64,000 bases of DNA, taken from IMG/VR virus record IMGVR_UViG_3300005573_000004, positions 1 through 64,000 of that record; one strand, given 5' to 3'. Both the position numbers and the translations under genes were made by a program. Below, piece by piece: positions 1 to 10,232 of the stretch. Within the stretch, counting starts at the first letter, position 1. Each line of letters begins with the position of its first letter. Origin of the DNA: a virus. The notes beneath the pieces were generated by a model. The model had not been told where the DNA came from and ran no database searches. It saw only the letters and a list, made by a program, of their open reading frames with translations.

Positions 1-59
1 TATTACCTCCCCTGATTTACTCAAAACTAACGAGAGGCGTTAAAAGGAACCCTCCATTT

Positions 60-425
60 TCAAGTCGGCCTTTTCTTTTGAAGCCTATGAGGGCTTTTCT
101 TGGCACGTTTGGTAGGTTTGGTGGGTTTGGGCTCCGGTTTAGGTTTAGAAATAGGTTCGTCTTTGGCTTCCTCCTCTTCCTCTTCTGCATAATAATAATC
201 ATCTTTAAAGAGGTCTGGCGATAATTCTTCCCCACATTCCGGACAGGTATAGGTAACGTCATACTTCCTTAAATCTATAGAATCTTCTTCGTCGTCATCC
301 CATTCTATCTTGTCTAATTCAATATCATATTGCCCTGATTTGGTTTCATATGTTCCATCAGGTAGGACCGCAGTAATATCAAGAGTATAAATTACACTTC
401 CACAAAACGGACATTTGTTAGCCAT
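60..425 (-). CDS. Zn-ribbon protein with acidic stretch and basic/Pro-rich tail
   Basis: CPFC and CPEC pairs, poly-E, KPKPEPKP tail; GGAGG RBS upstream. Confidence 0.6.
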   Translation of the reverse strand: MANKCPFCGSVIYTLDITAVLPDGTYETKSGQYDIELDKIEWDDDEEDSIDLRKYDVTYTCPECGEELSPDLFKDDYYYAEEEEEEAKDEPISKPKPEPKPTKPTKRAKKSPHRLQKKRPT

Positions 426-431
426 AAGAAT

Positions 432-587
432 TTACCTCCCTTCCTTTTCAAAAAGTTGGTCTAAATTTATCTTTAACTCTTTGTCGTTACGTTCATTTAC
501 CTCACCTAACTTATTAACTACTTCCATATTATCCTTCGTTGCATCTTTTAATAACTCTAAAAATTTCTGTTCAAATCCAGGAAACAT
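432..587 (-). CDS. small hypothetical protein (51 aa, not in ORF track)
   Basis: Hand translation MFPGFEQKFLELLKD...EKEGR*, preceded by AAGGAGGTG RBS; fills the gap between neighbours. Confidence 0.65.
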   Translation of the reverse strand: MFPGFEQKFLELLKDATKDNMEVVNKLGEVNERNDKELKINLDQLFEKEGR

Positions 588-600
588 AAAGCACCTCCTT

Positions 601-840
601 CTATTTTAGAATCCAAACATATTCATACGTAACTCCCTTCGGCTCTGTGGACCAATAGGTCTCTTTCTCCCAGAAAATCTTAGGATGCTTCCACCAGGTT
701 AGTAGGGCTTCCCGGTCCTTCTTTTTGCTTAAATCATATTCATATACCTTCCCTTCATTATACTTATGCAATTCAATCTTGTCATAGTTCCTTGATAACT
801 GGGCTAACGCTCTCATACTATTCTTTATAACTTTCTTCAT
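601..840 (-). CDS. hypothetical protein
   Basis: 79-aa ORF with AGGAGGTG RBS, tightly packed. Confidence 0.6.
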   Translation of the reverse strand: MKKVIKNSMRALAQLSRNYDKIELHKYNEGKVYEYDLSKKKDREALLTWWKHPKIFWEKETYWSTEPKGVTYEYVWILK

Positions 841-846
841 ACTTTT

Positions 847-1386
847 TCACCTCCTTTCTTTTGTATATTGTTTTAATAGTCTTACCGTTGCTCTACGCTT
901 CATCTGTCTGGCCCACTCTAAAGCAGTATAACCTTCCATATCTTTAACATTAATATTAGCTCCGGCGTCTAATAATAACTTAACTACTGCAGCATACCCA
1001 TCACTACTGGCATATAGTAAAGCAGTATTTCCATAGTCATCCTTAACATTAACCTTAGCTCCTGCTTCTAATAATAACTTAACTATCTTAATACACCTAT
1101 TAAAAAACTTGTTACTACCAACAGCTACCATTAAAGCAGTCCTTCCGAAGTTGTCTGTAGCATTAACATTAGCTCCTAACTCTATTAATAATTTAACTAC
1201 TTCATAATGACTATTAGCACAAGCTACCATAAGAGCTGTCTCACCCACAACATTCCTATTATTAATATCTAATTCTAAATTAAATTCATTATATTCATTA
1301 GGATATAATTTCTTTATAGATACTAACTTAGTATAAATAGATACAGTTTTATCAATTAATAACTTCTTTAGTTGCTTTTTATTCAT
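847..1386 (-). CDS. ankyrin-repeat protein with conserved N-terminal module (~4 repeats)
   Basis: Repeated GxTALxxA...VVKLLxxAGAxVN motifs. Confidence 0.92.
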   Translation of the reverse strand: MNKKQLKKLLIDKTVSIYTKLVSIKKLYPNEYNEFNLELDINNRNVVGETALMVACANSHYEVVKLLIELGANVNATDNFGRTALMVAVGSNKFFNRCIKIVKLLLEAGAKVNVKDDYGNTALLYASSDGYAAVVKLLLDAGANINVKDMEGYTALEWARQMKRRATVRLLKQYTKERR

Positions 1387-1409
1387 TGCTTCTCATCTCC
1401 TTTTTTAAA

Positions 1410-1438
1410 ATTTTACAAAATTTAATTTAAATTGTCAA
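1410..1438 (-). promoter_or_regulatory. sigma70/sigmaA-type promoter TTGACA-N17-TAAAAT
   Basis: Near-consensus hexamers with 17-bp spacer upstream of 847..1386. Confidence 0.7.
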
Positions 1439-2262
1439 GTAATATATTCGGCTCCTGCATAAAATAATAAATCTACTACCTTAGTATACCCATTATCCTT
1501 AGCAAGTTCTAAAGCAGTAAGTCCATATCTATTTTTAACATTAACATTTGCTCCTGCTTCTACTAATAACTTTACTACTCCAAGATACCCATGCTCACTA
1601 GCTAACATAAGAGCAGTATTTCCATACCTATTCTTAACATTAATATCAGCTCCTGCTTTAATTAATAATTCTACTATTTTAGTATGTCCATAATAACTAG
1701 CTACTATAAGAGTGGTGTATCCGTCTTCATTTTTAGCATTAACATCTGCTCCAGCATCTATTAATAGTTTTACTATTTCAATATGCCCATTTGCACTAGC
1801 TTTTATAAGAGCAGTATCTCCATCTTTATCTTTAGCACTAATATCAGCTCCTGCTTCAATTAATAATTTAACTACTTCAATATTCCCCTGCTCACTAGCT
1901 TCTATAAGAGCAGTATATCCATATGTATTTTTAGCATTAATATCAGCTCCAGCATCTAATAATAACTTTACTGCTTCAGGATACCCATAATAACTAGCTA
2001 ACATAAGAGCAGTATATTCTTTTCTATTTTTAGCTTCGATATCTGCTCCAGCTTCTAATAATAGTTTTACTACATCAGTATGACCATAAACACAAGCTCT
2101 CATAAGAGCTGTTACACCTATATCATTTCCACTATCTACAGCAAGTCCAAAATTAAATTCACTATATTGTTTAGGATATAATTGCTTTATAGCCATTAAT
2201 CTAGAAAATATACTTGCAGTTTTATCAGTTAATAATTTTTCTAATTCTTCTTTTGTATTCAT
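1435..2262 (-). CDS. ankyrin-repeat protein (~7 repeats)
   Basis: 33-aa periodic ankyrin consensus; shared N-terminal module. Confidence 0.95.
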   Translation of the reverse strand: MNTKEELEKLLTDKTASIFSRLMAIKQLYPKQYSEFNFGLAVDSGNDIGVTALMRACVYGHTDVVKLLLEAGADIEAKNRKEYTALMLASYYGYPEAVKLLLDAGADINAKNTYGYTALIEASEQGNIEVVKLLIEAGADISAKDKDGDTALIKASANGHIEIVKLLIDAGADVNAKNEDGYTTLIVASYYGHTKIVELLIKAGADINVKNRYGNTALMLASEHGYLGVVKLLVEAGANVNVKNRYGLTALELAKDNGYTKVVDLLFYAGAEYIT

Positions 2263-2263
2263 T

Positions 2264-2989
2264 TTAGACCTCCTTAGCTCCGTATTGTTTTAGTAATTTT
2301 ATTATGTTAGCATTACCATACTGTTTAGCATACATTAAAGCAGTCCATCCACTTACATTCTTAGCATTAACATCTGCTCCAGCATCTATTAATAATTTAA
2401 CTATTTCAATATGTCCATAATAACTAGCTTCTAAAAAAGCAGTCCATCCACTTACATTCTTAGCATTAACATCTGCTCCTGCTTTAATTAATAATTTAAC
2501 TATATCAGTAAATCCATAATAACTAGCTTCTATAAGAACAGTCCAACCATTTCTATCTCTAGCATTTACATCTGCTCCAGCATCTATTAATAGTTTTACT
2601 ATATCAGTATAGCCATGCTCACTAGCTTTCATAAGAGCAGTATTCCCATAATTACTTTTAGCATTTACATCAGCCCCAGCATTTATTAATAATTTAACTA
2701 TTTCAGTATAGCCATAATAACTAGCTATCATTAAAGCAGTCAATCCACTTTTATTTCTAGCATTTACATCAGCTTCAGCTTCAATTAATAATTTTACTAC
2801 ATCAATATGCTTATAACTACAAGCCCTCATAAGAGCAGTATATCCTATCTCATCTTGACTATTTATATTAACGTCTAAATTAAATCTACCATATTCTTCC
2901 GGATATAATTGCTTTATAGCTACTAACCTAGAAAATTTACTTGTAGTATTATTAGCTAATAACTCTTTTAATTCTTTTTTAGTAACCAT
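2264..2989 (-). CDS. ankyrin-repeat protein (~6 repeats)
   Basis: Ankyrin consensus; shared N-terminal module. Confidence 0.95.
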   Translation of the reverse strand: MVTKKELKELLANNTTSKFSRLVAIKQLYPEEYGRFNLDVNINSQDEIGYTALMRACSYKHIDVVKLLIEAEADVNARNKSGLTALMIASYYGYTEIVKLLINAGADVNAKSNYGNTALMKASEHGYTDIVKLLIDAGADVNARDRNGWTVLIEASYYGFTDIVKLLIKAGADVNAKNVSGWTAFLEASYYGHIEIVKLLIDAGADVNAKNVSGWTALMYAKQYGNANIIKLLKQYGAKEV

Positions 2990-2999
2990 TTTAGTCCTC

Positions 3000-3620
3000 C
3001 TATCTGGCTTTATATTGTTTTAGTAATTCTACTATTTTAACATACTTATAATAACTAGCCTTCATAAGAGCAGTTTCTCCATATTTATTTTTGGCATTAA
3101 TATCTGCTCCTGCTTCTAATAATAACTTCACTATGTCAGTATGACCATATACACTAGCTTTCATAAGAGCAGTCCAACCATCTTTATTTCTAGCATTAAC
3201 ATCCGCTCCAGCTTCTAATAATAACTTTACTAGTTCAATATATCCACGTTCACTAGCTAATATAAGAGGGGTAACTCCATACGCACTTTTAACATTAACA
3301 TCAGCTCCTGCTTCTATTAACATCTTTGCTACACCAGGATTCTTACCATAAATGGATTCCATAAGAGCAGTCACATTAAATTTATTTTTAGCATTAATAT
3401 CAGCTCCAGCTTCTAATAATAACTTTACTATTTCAATCTGACCATATACACTAGCTATTATAAGAGCAGTATCTCCATCCTCATTCCGACTATTAATATC
3501 AGATTCTAAACTAAATTCACTATAGTCTTTCGGATATAACTTCTTTATAGCTACTAACCTAGAAAATTTACTTGTAGTATTATTAGCTAATAACTCTTTT
3601 AATTCTTTTATATTATCCAT
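3000..3620 (-). CDS. ankyrin-repeat protein (~5 repeats)
   Basis: Ankyrin consensus; N-terminal ELKELLANNTTSKFSRLVAIK identical to 2264..2989. Confidence 0.95.
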   Translation of the reverse strand: MDNIKELKELLANNTTSKFSRLVAIKKLYPKDYSEFSLESDINSRNEDGDTALIIASVYGQIEIVKLLLEAGADINAKNKFNVTALMESIYGKNPGVAKMLIEAGADVNVKSAYGVTPLILASERGYIELVKLLLEAGADVNARNKDGWTALMKASVYGHTDIVKLLLEAGADINAKNKYGETALMKASYYKYVKIVELLKQYKAR

Positions 3621-3643
3621 CGCTCTTACCTCCTTAGTATTAA

Positions 3644-4276
3644 CTAATGCTGGTCAAAATATACTCCTTTGATTTTACCATTCTGCTTTGCGTTCCAACA
3701 AATCTGACACCTGGTCCCACAATAATGCTCTTCTAAATCTCCAGGCATACAAGTAAAATATCCTTTCGGTGGAGTTTCACCCCTCAAAACTAAATGGGCT
3801 TTCGGAAGATCTTCTGGTGCTTCTTCAATTGTAGCATCATAATCAGTGCTAGCAAACAAAGATAAATTAGGTAGAGATTTTAATTCAGAAAAATTAAAAT
3901 ATTTACCCTTCTTTCTATACGATTTAGTATAGGCTAAAAACTTAACTTCTGGACACGCTTTTATTATCTTAACCCAAGCATTGATATATGCTTGTGAATA
4001 GAAGTCTCCAGACTCGTGTAGCCTTACTTTCTTTAACTTCCTCTCTTTTATTTCTTTAATCATCGCTTCGGCAAAGGCTTCTGTTCCTTGTGTTTCAATA
4101 AACATAAGATTTTGCATCCTTTTATTTCTTACTGTTCTGTAAAGTCTTTCAGCTTTATTTGCATAGCAAAGCTTACAAGCATCAGATTTACCTGGACAAG
4201 TTAAAGCCTGCGGCAAATTAAAGATGCCAATCTCCTTTCCTAATTTTTGATTCATACCAACTGATAATAACTTCAT
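3644..4276 (-). CDS. GP88-family (radical-SAM-like) phage protein
   Basis: FNLP..TCPG...C..CYA, RLHESGDF, F.AYTK and C-terminal C..C..C motifs. Confidence 0.7.
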   Translation of the reverse strand: MKLLSVGMNQKLGKEIGIFNLPQALTCPGKSDACKLCYANKAERLYRTVRNKRMQNLMFIETQGTEAFAEAMIKEIKERKLKKVRLHESGDFYSQAYINAWVKIIKACPEVKFLAYTKSYRKKGKYFNFSELKSLPNLSLFASTDYDATIEEAPEDLPKAHLVLRGETPPKGYFTCMPGDLEEHYCGTRCQICWNAKQNGKIKGVYFDQH

Positions 4277-4298
4277 AGAGCACCTCCTTTAATATTGT

Positions 4299-4799
4299 TT
4301 ATTGTGTTGCTCCGTAAGATTTTAAAAATTTTCCTATCTTTTCGTATAAGTTTACTTCCCACTTCTTCCCGGTTACTTTTGCTATATCCCTATAATTTAT
4401 TATATATCCATAAACAGTAGTTCCATAAGTATCTTTGATATTAACATCAGCTCCGGCATCTATTAACATCTTCATAATTTTTTTAGTAAGACGATAACCA
4501 TTTTCACGACAAAAGAAAAGGGCTATCATTAATGCTGTTTTGCCGGATTCATTTTTAATATTAACATCTGCTCCAGCTTCTAATAATAATTGTATACCAT
4601 CTAAATCTAGAATAGGCATAATAGCATTCATTAATGCTGTTGCCCCTAATTCATTCTGAGCATTAATATTAGATTCTAAACTAAGCTTGCCATATTTATC
4701 GGGATCTAATTTCTTTAAAGCCATTAGCCTAGAAGTTATACTCGCGGTCTTATCTTTTACTAAAGCTTTTAATTCATCTTCATAAGTCATTTTAATCAC
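4299..4799 (-). CDS. ankyrin-repeat protein (divergent, ~3 repeats; likely start 4790)
   Basis: GATALMNA, AGADVNIK repeats; shared N-terminal module. Confidence 0.88.
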   Translation of the reverse strand: MIKMTYEDELKALVKDKTASITSRLMALKKLDPDKYGKLSLESNINAQNELGATALMNAIMPILDLDGIQLLLEAGADVNIKNESGKTALMIALFFCRENGYRLTKKIMKMLIDAGADVNIKDTYGTTVYGYIINYRDIAKVTGKKWEVNLYEKIGKFLKSYGATQ

Positions 4800-5314
4800 C
4801 TCTCTGCTCCATATTTTAATAATAATCTTACTATATTATATTTTCTTCTACGCTCAGCCCAATCTAATGCTGTTTCCCATCTATCATTCATAGCATTAAC
4901 ATCTGCTCCTGCTTTTAATAATAATTTTACTGTTCCAATATTTCCATAATCAGCAGCTTTCATAAGAGCAGTGTTATTAAAATGATCTCTAGCATTTACA
5001 TCTGCTCCTGCTTCTAATAATAATTTTACAATTTTAGTATATCCTTCTGTGCAAGCTACTATAAGAGGAGTCCACCCATCATAATCTTTGCAATTAACAT
5101 CAGCTCCGACATCTAATAAGAATTTAACTACTCCATAATGTCCATTAAGGCAAGCTTCCAAAAGAGCTGTCCACCCTTTTGAATCTTTATTATTAATAGA
5201 TTCCATTAAATTAAATTGTTTATATTCAGGATATAATTTTTCTAAAGTTACTAACCTAGCAAATACACTAGCTCTCTTATTTTTTAGAAACCTCTTTAAT
5301 TTTAAAGCTTCCAT
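4796..5314 (-). CDS. ankyrin-repeat protein (~4 repeats)
   Basis: Ankyrin consensus; shared N-terminal module. Confidence 0.93.
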   Translation of the reverse strand: MEALKLKRFLKNKRASVFARLVTLEKLYPEYKQFNLMESINNKDSKGWTALLEACLNGHYGVVKFLLDVGADVNCKDYDGWTPLIVACTEGYTKIVKLLLEAGADVNARDHFNNTALMKAADYGNIGTVKLLLKAGADVNAMNDRWETALDWAERRRKYNIVRLLLKYGAER

Positions 5315-5316
5315 TT

Positions 5317-6261
5317 TTAACCCTCCTTTTCACTGATATAACCTTCTATTGCTTCATCCATCTCATAAGTAAAATTTGCACGATTAACTTTCTTTGCTTT
5401 TATTTTTATAACTTTCTTAGTTAAGGTATTTGAAATAACCTTGTTAATTTTGTCTTCAAACTTCTCTAACTCTATGCTAAAATCTAACTTCGAAAATTTT
5501 ATAGTAACTCCATTTCCACCATTTTCATTATTCCCACCATTTATTTTCTTAAAGCTTATTTCAAATTCAAAATCAATAGTTAAATCTAAATAACTATCAA
5601 AGGACTCTAGCTCCTCGTGAGTTAAACCAAAATCTTTTAATACTTCCTTAGTGCAAGGCATAGTAATAATTGCTTGACATTTATTTTCTGAGCCAACCCC
5701 AAATCCTTTATCACCTATAAATAAATCTACTTCTGATAACTTTTCTAACTTCTCCAATTTATTTTGAAGTTCCTTGACAGATCTTATCATAGCAAAATTA
5801 ATCATAGTTTTAGATGCTCTAGCAAACCGCTTAGCATTTCCAAAATATATTACTTTAGCTGATTTAAGGTATTGGGATAAAGCATCTCTTCTAGCTTTTA
5901 TTTTACTTGCTAGATTTGTTTTAAATATATTATCTATAAATTTAATTTTGGTTCTAATTGTTTCAAGCACTCTTATATTAGTTTCTTGTTCTAATAAAGG
6001 TTTTACTTGGTCAGGAGCATTCAATTCAGCCCAGTATAACAATATTGCGAACAATTCCGGCAACCTCATATAATATCCTAAATCAGAATCTTCTTTCGGT
6101 ATTGTATCCTTAATACTCTTATACAACAATACGACATCAGTATCTTTATTACACGCAGCACAGATATATGGAGCTAAGTCTTGTATCCTAATTCTAGATT
6201 CTACTGTCTGTAAAACTTTATCTAACCTATCCAAACCAAACAAAATAGTTGAAGTATGCAT
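5317..6261 (-). CDS. hypothetical protein, paralog family A
   Basis: N-terminal xxSTI...DTDxxLL...PxxxxxxLEQ pattern shared with neighbours; RBS. Confidence 0.6.
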   Translation of the reverse strand: MHTSTILFGLDRLDKVLQTVESRIRIQDLAPYICAACNKDTDVVLLYKSIKDTIPKEDSDLGYYMRLPELFAILLYWAELNAPDQVKPLLEQETNIRVLETIRTKIKFIDNIFKTNLASKIKARRDALSQYLKSAKVIYFGNAKRFARASKTMINFAMIRSVKELQNKLEKLEKLSEVDLFIGDKGFGVGSENKCQAIITMPCTKEVLKDFGLTHEELESFDSYLDLTIDFEFEISFKKINGGNNENGGNGVTIKFSKLDFSIELEKFEDKINKVISNTLTKKVIKIKAKKVNRANFTYEMDEAIEGYISEKEG

Positions 6262-6291
6262 AAAAACACCTCCTTTAAATTATTTTAAATT

Positions 6292-7413
6292 TTATCCGCC
6301 AATCTTTTTATATTCTACTTTAAATCCATTCTTTACGTGTTCTATTATCTGAGTAATCACATCAATAGCATAAGTATATTTATTCCCTGCCACTGCTATT
6401 CTTCCTTCATCAATAATAAAAGTTGGACCAGCATTAGCATTCAGCCAATCTACTGTTGGCAGGCTTGATTCCGCCCACCTGGTTATAGAATTTCTATAAC
6501 CTGTTAATAATTCTTTAGTTGAATCTCTGGTATGCCTTAACCAATTGAACCAAATATAGTCCACCTTTATATTAAAAAACGGAGGATAAATTGGAAGATC
6601 TTTAAATGCAAGATCTTCAGTATGCTTCCCGTTTAATTGTGAAAGTTCTACTTCAACAAAAACTGTTATAGCTCTTTCTTTAGATTCTAATCTATTTTCT
6701 ATTTGTTTAATTTCAGATCGTGTTAATGATAAAGGCACCCCTTTAATTATATCATCTAAAGGAACATCTACACTTATTCGTGGATAATCTTCTTTACGAG
6801 AGATACCATATGCATTTCTAATCCAAACATCATATTTAAGTTTAGTTAAGAATAGATTCTTTAATCCCTCAAATCCATTTACTGTAACTCCTGATTTATA
6901 ATCGTCAGGCCAATCTTTATGAATATTTGGAAATGTCTGTGTCAATAATTCATATAAAGGATGTCTTCCATTACGCCATAATATTCTTGGATATCTTTCT
7001 GTAAATTGTTTTACATACGGTAATATGGTCTTTTCAATATAAGACCATATAGGTTCACGGACAGTTGGAAGTAATACCTTCGGAACATCCTCGCAGATAC
7101 TATTAAAATATCTTCCAAGTTTAGCAGGACTAAGATCAGATTGTTCTAAAAACTTGGTAACCAATTCAGGATATTTAATTGAAGCATACTGTAATACTAT
7201 ATCCGCAACACCATATCTATCTAACTCAGTTAATAACAATTCAAGATCAGTATCCGCATCTATTAAACTAAACAATACTGGCAACGCCAAAAAACCACGT
7301 GGTCTTTGATCCCAATCTGAATCAACATCAGGATCAAAAACCGAATCAAAAACTGAATCATCTTTTCCTTTTAAAGATTGTTTTACAATTTCCATAATAG
7401 TTGAAGCATTCAT
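6292..7413 (-). CDS. hypothetical protein, paralog family A
   Basis: MNASTI...LPVLFSLIDADTDLELLL...KYPELVTKFLEQ. Confidence 0.6.
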   Translation of the reverse strand: MNASTIMEIVKQSLKGKDDSVFDSVFDPDVDSDWDQRPRGFLALPVLFSLIDADTDLELLLTELDRYGVADIVLQYASIKYPELVTKFLEQSDLSPAKLGRYFNSICEDVPKVLLPTVREPIWSYIEKTILPYVKQFTERYPRILWRNGRHPLYELLTQTFPNIHKDWPDDYKSGVTVNGFEGLKNLFLTKLKYDVWIRNAYGISRKEDYPRISVDVPLDDIIKGVPLSLTRSEIKQIENRLESKERAITVFVEVELSQLNGKHTEDLAFKDLPIYPPFFNIKVDYIWFNWLRHTRDSTKELLTGYRNSITRWAESSLPTVDWLNANAGPTFIIDEGRIAVAGNKYTYAIDVITQIIEHVKNGFKVEYKKIGG

Positions 7414-7467
7414 TGAAACACCTCCTTAAAAAGTTTTTAAAACTAACTAAATTGAACCTCCTTTCTT

Positions 7468-8505
7468 TTAATATAGATCATGGTAATCAAAATTTATAGC
7501 TCTAACTTCTTGCAATTTTTTAGATTCTAATAATATTCTAAAGCCCCAAAGACTCCCATCTAAATCATAATTATAATCATTGTCTTCATCTATTGGATGC
7601 CCTATCTGATTAAAATAGTCACGCACTTCCTTTGAATATGCTTTTAAAGTACGGCGTAGCTGCTCTGTTGTTTTATAGAATCTTCCTTTAGCATATATTT
7701 TTAACATAGATTCTTCAGCATTCACTTCTGCTTCTAATCGTGGTTCAGTTTTATATTCTTTTAATTGACGCATTAATTCATTTTTTATTTCCCATTTATA
7801 TTTCTTAAAGTATGGAGCTAAAGTTCTATCTGTATTCTGTACATGGTATATAATAAACTTTTTTCCACTGTTTTGTTTATCAAAATCATCCATAACAATA
7901 ACACGATTTATATTCTTATGCATAAACTCAGTAGTATCCCAAAACACTTTTTCTGCCGCTTCACCATTAAGTTCATCATCTGCATTATTCGTGTATATCC
8001 AATGACCATCAGATACCATAGGAAGCGTTTTTGAAAGAGATGCTACCTTTGCTACTCCAGTAGTATACGTATCATTAATAGTAATAAAAGTATCAGGCTT
8101 ATCCCAACCTGCTAATTGTGGATTTGTATTAAAAATATGAGTTAATCCTATCTTTGCAATCTCTTTAAACTCTGCTTTACGCGCAAGAATTTTACCCTCT
8201 TCCGGAAAAAACTGTGGACAAAATAGATACAGTTGTTCAGTTAAAGTTAAAGAATTTAACAAGTTCTTAAATCCTTCTTCATCCCCTGCTATATAGAATA
8301 ACATAGGTAATACATACGCTATACTATGAGCATTTATTTTATCGTATGCCTGACCAGCTTTCATATGCAAATAAATTAACCTTCTAACCACTATTGGCTC
8401 ATGATACCATTTTGGGATTGAAGTAAAAGCACAGGACGAATTAGGCATTAACTGATCCAAAGCACTAAAAGAAACATTAAACTCCTTTTGTTTAAGTTCT
8501 TCCAT
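7468..8505 (-). CDS. hypothetical protein, distant member of family A
   Basis: LPMLFYIAGDEEGFKNLL...FFPEE resembles LPVLFSLIDADTDLELLL...KYPEL. Confidence 0.5.
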   Translation of the reverse strand: MEELKQKEFNVSFSALDQLMPNSSCAFTSIPKWYHEPIVVRRLIYLHMKAGQAYDKINAHSIAYVLPMLFYIAGDEEGFKNLLNSLTLTEQLYLFCPQFFPEEGKILARKAEFKEIAKIGLTHIFNTNPQLAGWDKPDTFITINDTYTTGVAKVASLSKTLPMVSDGHWIYTNNADDELNGEAAEKVFWDTTEFMHKNINRVIVMDDFDKQNSGKKFIIYHVQNTDRTLAPYFKKYKWEIKNELMRQLKEYKTEPRLEAEVNAEESMLKIYAKGRFYKTTEQLRRTLKAYSKEVRDYFNQIGHPIDEDNDYNYDLDGSLWGFRILLESKKLQEVRAINFDYHDLY

Positions 8506-8517
8506 GATTGCACCTCC

Positions 8518-9648
8518 TTAATTAGATTTTGGAAAGAAGTTTTTTATTTCTTGGAATATTTTAGATTCACTTGCAGTTTCTATTATATCACCATCTATAG
8601 TTTCATTGTGTATTGGAATAACTTTTACTTTCAACGCTTTTAAAGCTTTAACTACATCATTAGTTGCATCTTTAAAGTAATTGTTTATTTTATTTATCAT
8701 AGCCTTTCTTGTTTTTATTACCTCTTCTGAAGGTTTCGCATCCTCAAATAGATCTATCTTTTCATTAAAGAAATAATTAAGTTTATATAGATCCCTCCCT
8801 TTTTTAGAAACAAATTTTATACTATTATCTAACACATCTTTAAATACTTTTCCATCAGCTTGAAATCTTACTTGAAATGTTTTTTGAGCACTACTTAAAT
8901 TGCTTATTGCATATCTTATATTTTTAGGCAAGCTTTTAAATCCAGGCATACTTTTTAAATTAAGAACATCCGCACCAAGACGAAAAATTATCTTTATTGG
9001 TTCAGTTCTACCAAGATAAACTGGAGATACAATTGTTTTAATACTACTTAGAAGCTTCTTATAATTCTCTTTAGTCACCGTGATATCATCAGTTATATCA
9101 ATAATTAGATCCTCTGTTAAATATAATCCTTCACATTCATGCTCTATATAATCAGATATTCTACTTGCTAAAGAGCTATACTCTTTATTAATAAATACTA
9201 AACCAGTTTGTAATTTCATCCATTCTTTTAAACCATTTATATAGACATCTAATATCTCTTGTATTATTGGTTTAATTTCTTTTTGCACTACATTAAGAGA
9301 GTATTCATGTAGTTTCATTGTAGATTTACTATGCTTCATTCCCAAATCTTTTAGGAAAGAATCTATAGCATCAAAATCTACAACATCATATAAAAAGGCT
9401 TTAGCTTTTTCAGGATAATGTAATAACATATATTTAAGCACTGCTAAATAAATATCACCAATATCATATCCTCTTTTAGTATGTTCCATTTTATATAGTT
9501 CCCTAACCAATAAATCAATATCAGTATTAGGACCTATAAGCATTAATATGTCTTCTGGCTCTAATTTATTATATGCTTGCATAGTTTTTAATTGTTTATC
9601 CTGTGCTTCAAGAATACTTAAAATAGTAGAAGCATTTAATTCTGACAT
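8518..9648 (-). CDS. hypothetical protein, paralog family A
   Basis: LNASTIL...NTDIDLL...HYPEKAKAFL. Confidence 0.6.
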   Translation of the reverse strand: MSELNASTILSILEAQDKQLKTMQAYNKLEPEDILMLIGPNTDIDLLVRELYKMEHTKRGYDIGDIYLAVLKYMLLHYPEKAKAFLYDVVDFDAIDSFLKDLGMKHSKSTMKLHEYSLNVVQKEIKPIIQEILDVYINGLKEWMKLQTGLVFINKEYSSLASRISDYIEHECEGLYLTEDLIIDITDDITVTKENYKKLLSSIKTIVSPVYLGRTEPIKIIFRLGADVLNLKSMPGFKSLPKNIRYAISNLSSAQKTFQVRFQADGKVFKDVLDNSIKFVSKKGRDLYKLNYFFNEKIDLFEDAKPSEEVIKTRKAMINKINNYFKDATNDVVKALKALKVKVIPIHNETIDGDIIETASESKIFQEIKNFFPKSN

Positions 9649-9705
9649 AGTTATTACCTCCTTTTAGGTTTTAGGCGAGCGGAGTAAACCGCCCGCCTTT
9701 ATTCT

Positions 9706-10218
9706 CTACTTAAATACTACTATAGTGTCGCCGTGTTTTAACCTCCTTATATTTTCTAATTTAATATTATACGTATTAGGCTCCACCTTATACTTAGCAG
9801 AAGGTTTAGCCCACGCTTCATATGCCGCTTCCCATTCTTCTTTAGATACCTTCTTGCCATCTTTATAATACATCAAAGTCTGTGGTGTATGGTTGCTATT
9901 GGCTATACGATAAAACCTCAGATAATAATCATCTTTAGTTTTATGTTTCCAAAGCAACTTGTTCTCTGATACAGGAACGCAATAAGTTCCTTTGCTTTCT
10001 CTTTCACCTCTGAGTATAAAGTCTTCATAATCTCTTTTGGTTAATGATACCACCAACTTTACAACCTTAGTGAGATTATGATCTTTATACTCTGCTGCCA
10101 AATCTTTACTCTTATCAGATACATACACCATTGAGAAAATACCATAAGTATCCATCTTTCTTATGGCATTTCTCTTTTCTCTGTTAGTCCTGCATACTAT
10201 TCGTGCCATATACTCCAC
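9706..10218 (-). CDS. hypothetical protein
   Basis: 170-aa ORF with RBS, followed by a GC hairpin at ~9672-9699. Confidence 0.6.
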   Translation of the reverse strand: MEYMARIVCRTNREKRNAIRKMDTYGIFSMVYVSDKSKDLAAEYKDHNLTKVVKLVVSLTKRDYEDFILRGERESKGTYCVPVSENKLLWKHKTKDDYYLRFYRIANSNHTPQTLMYYKDGKKVSKEEWEAAYEAWAKPSAKYKVEPNTYNIKLENIRRLKHGDTIVVFK

Positions 10219-10232
10219 CTCCTTTTTTATAT

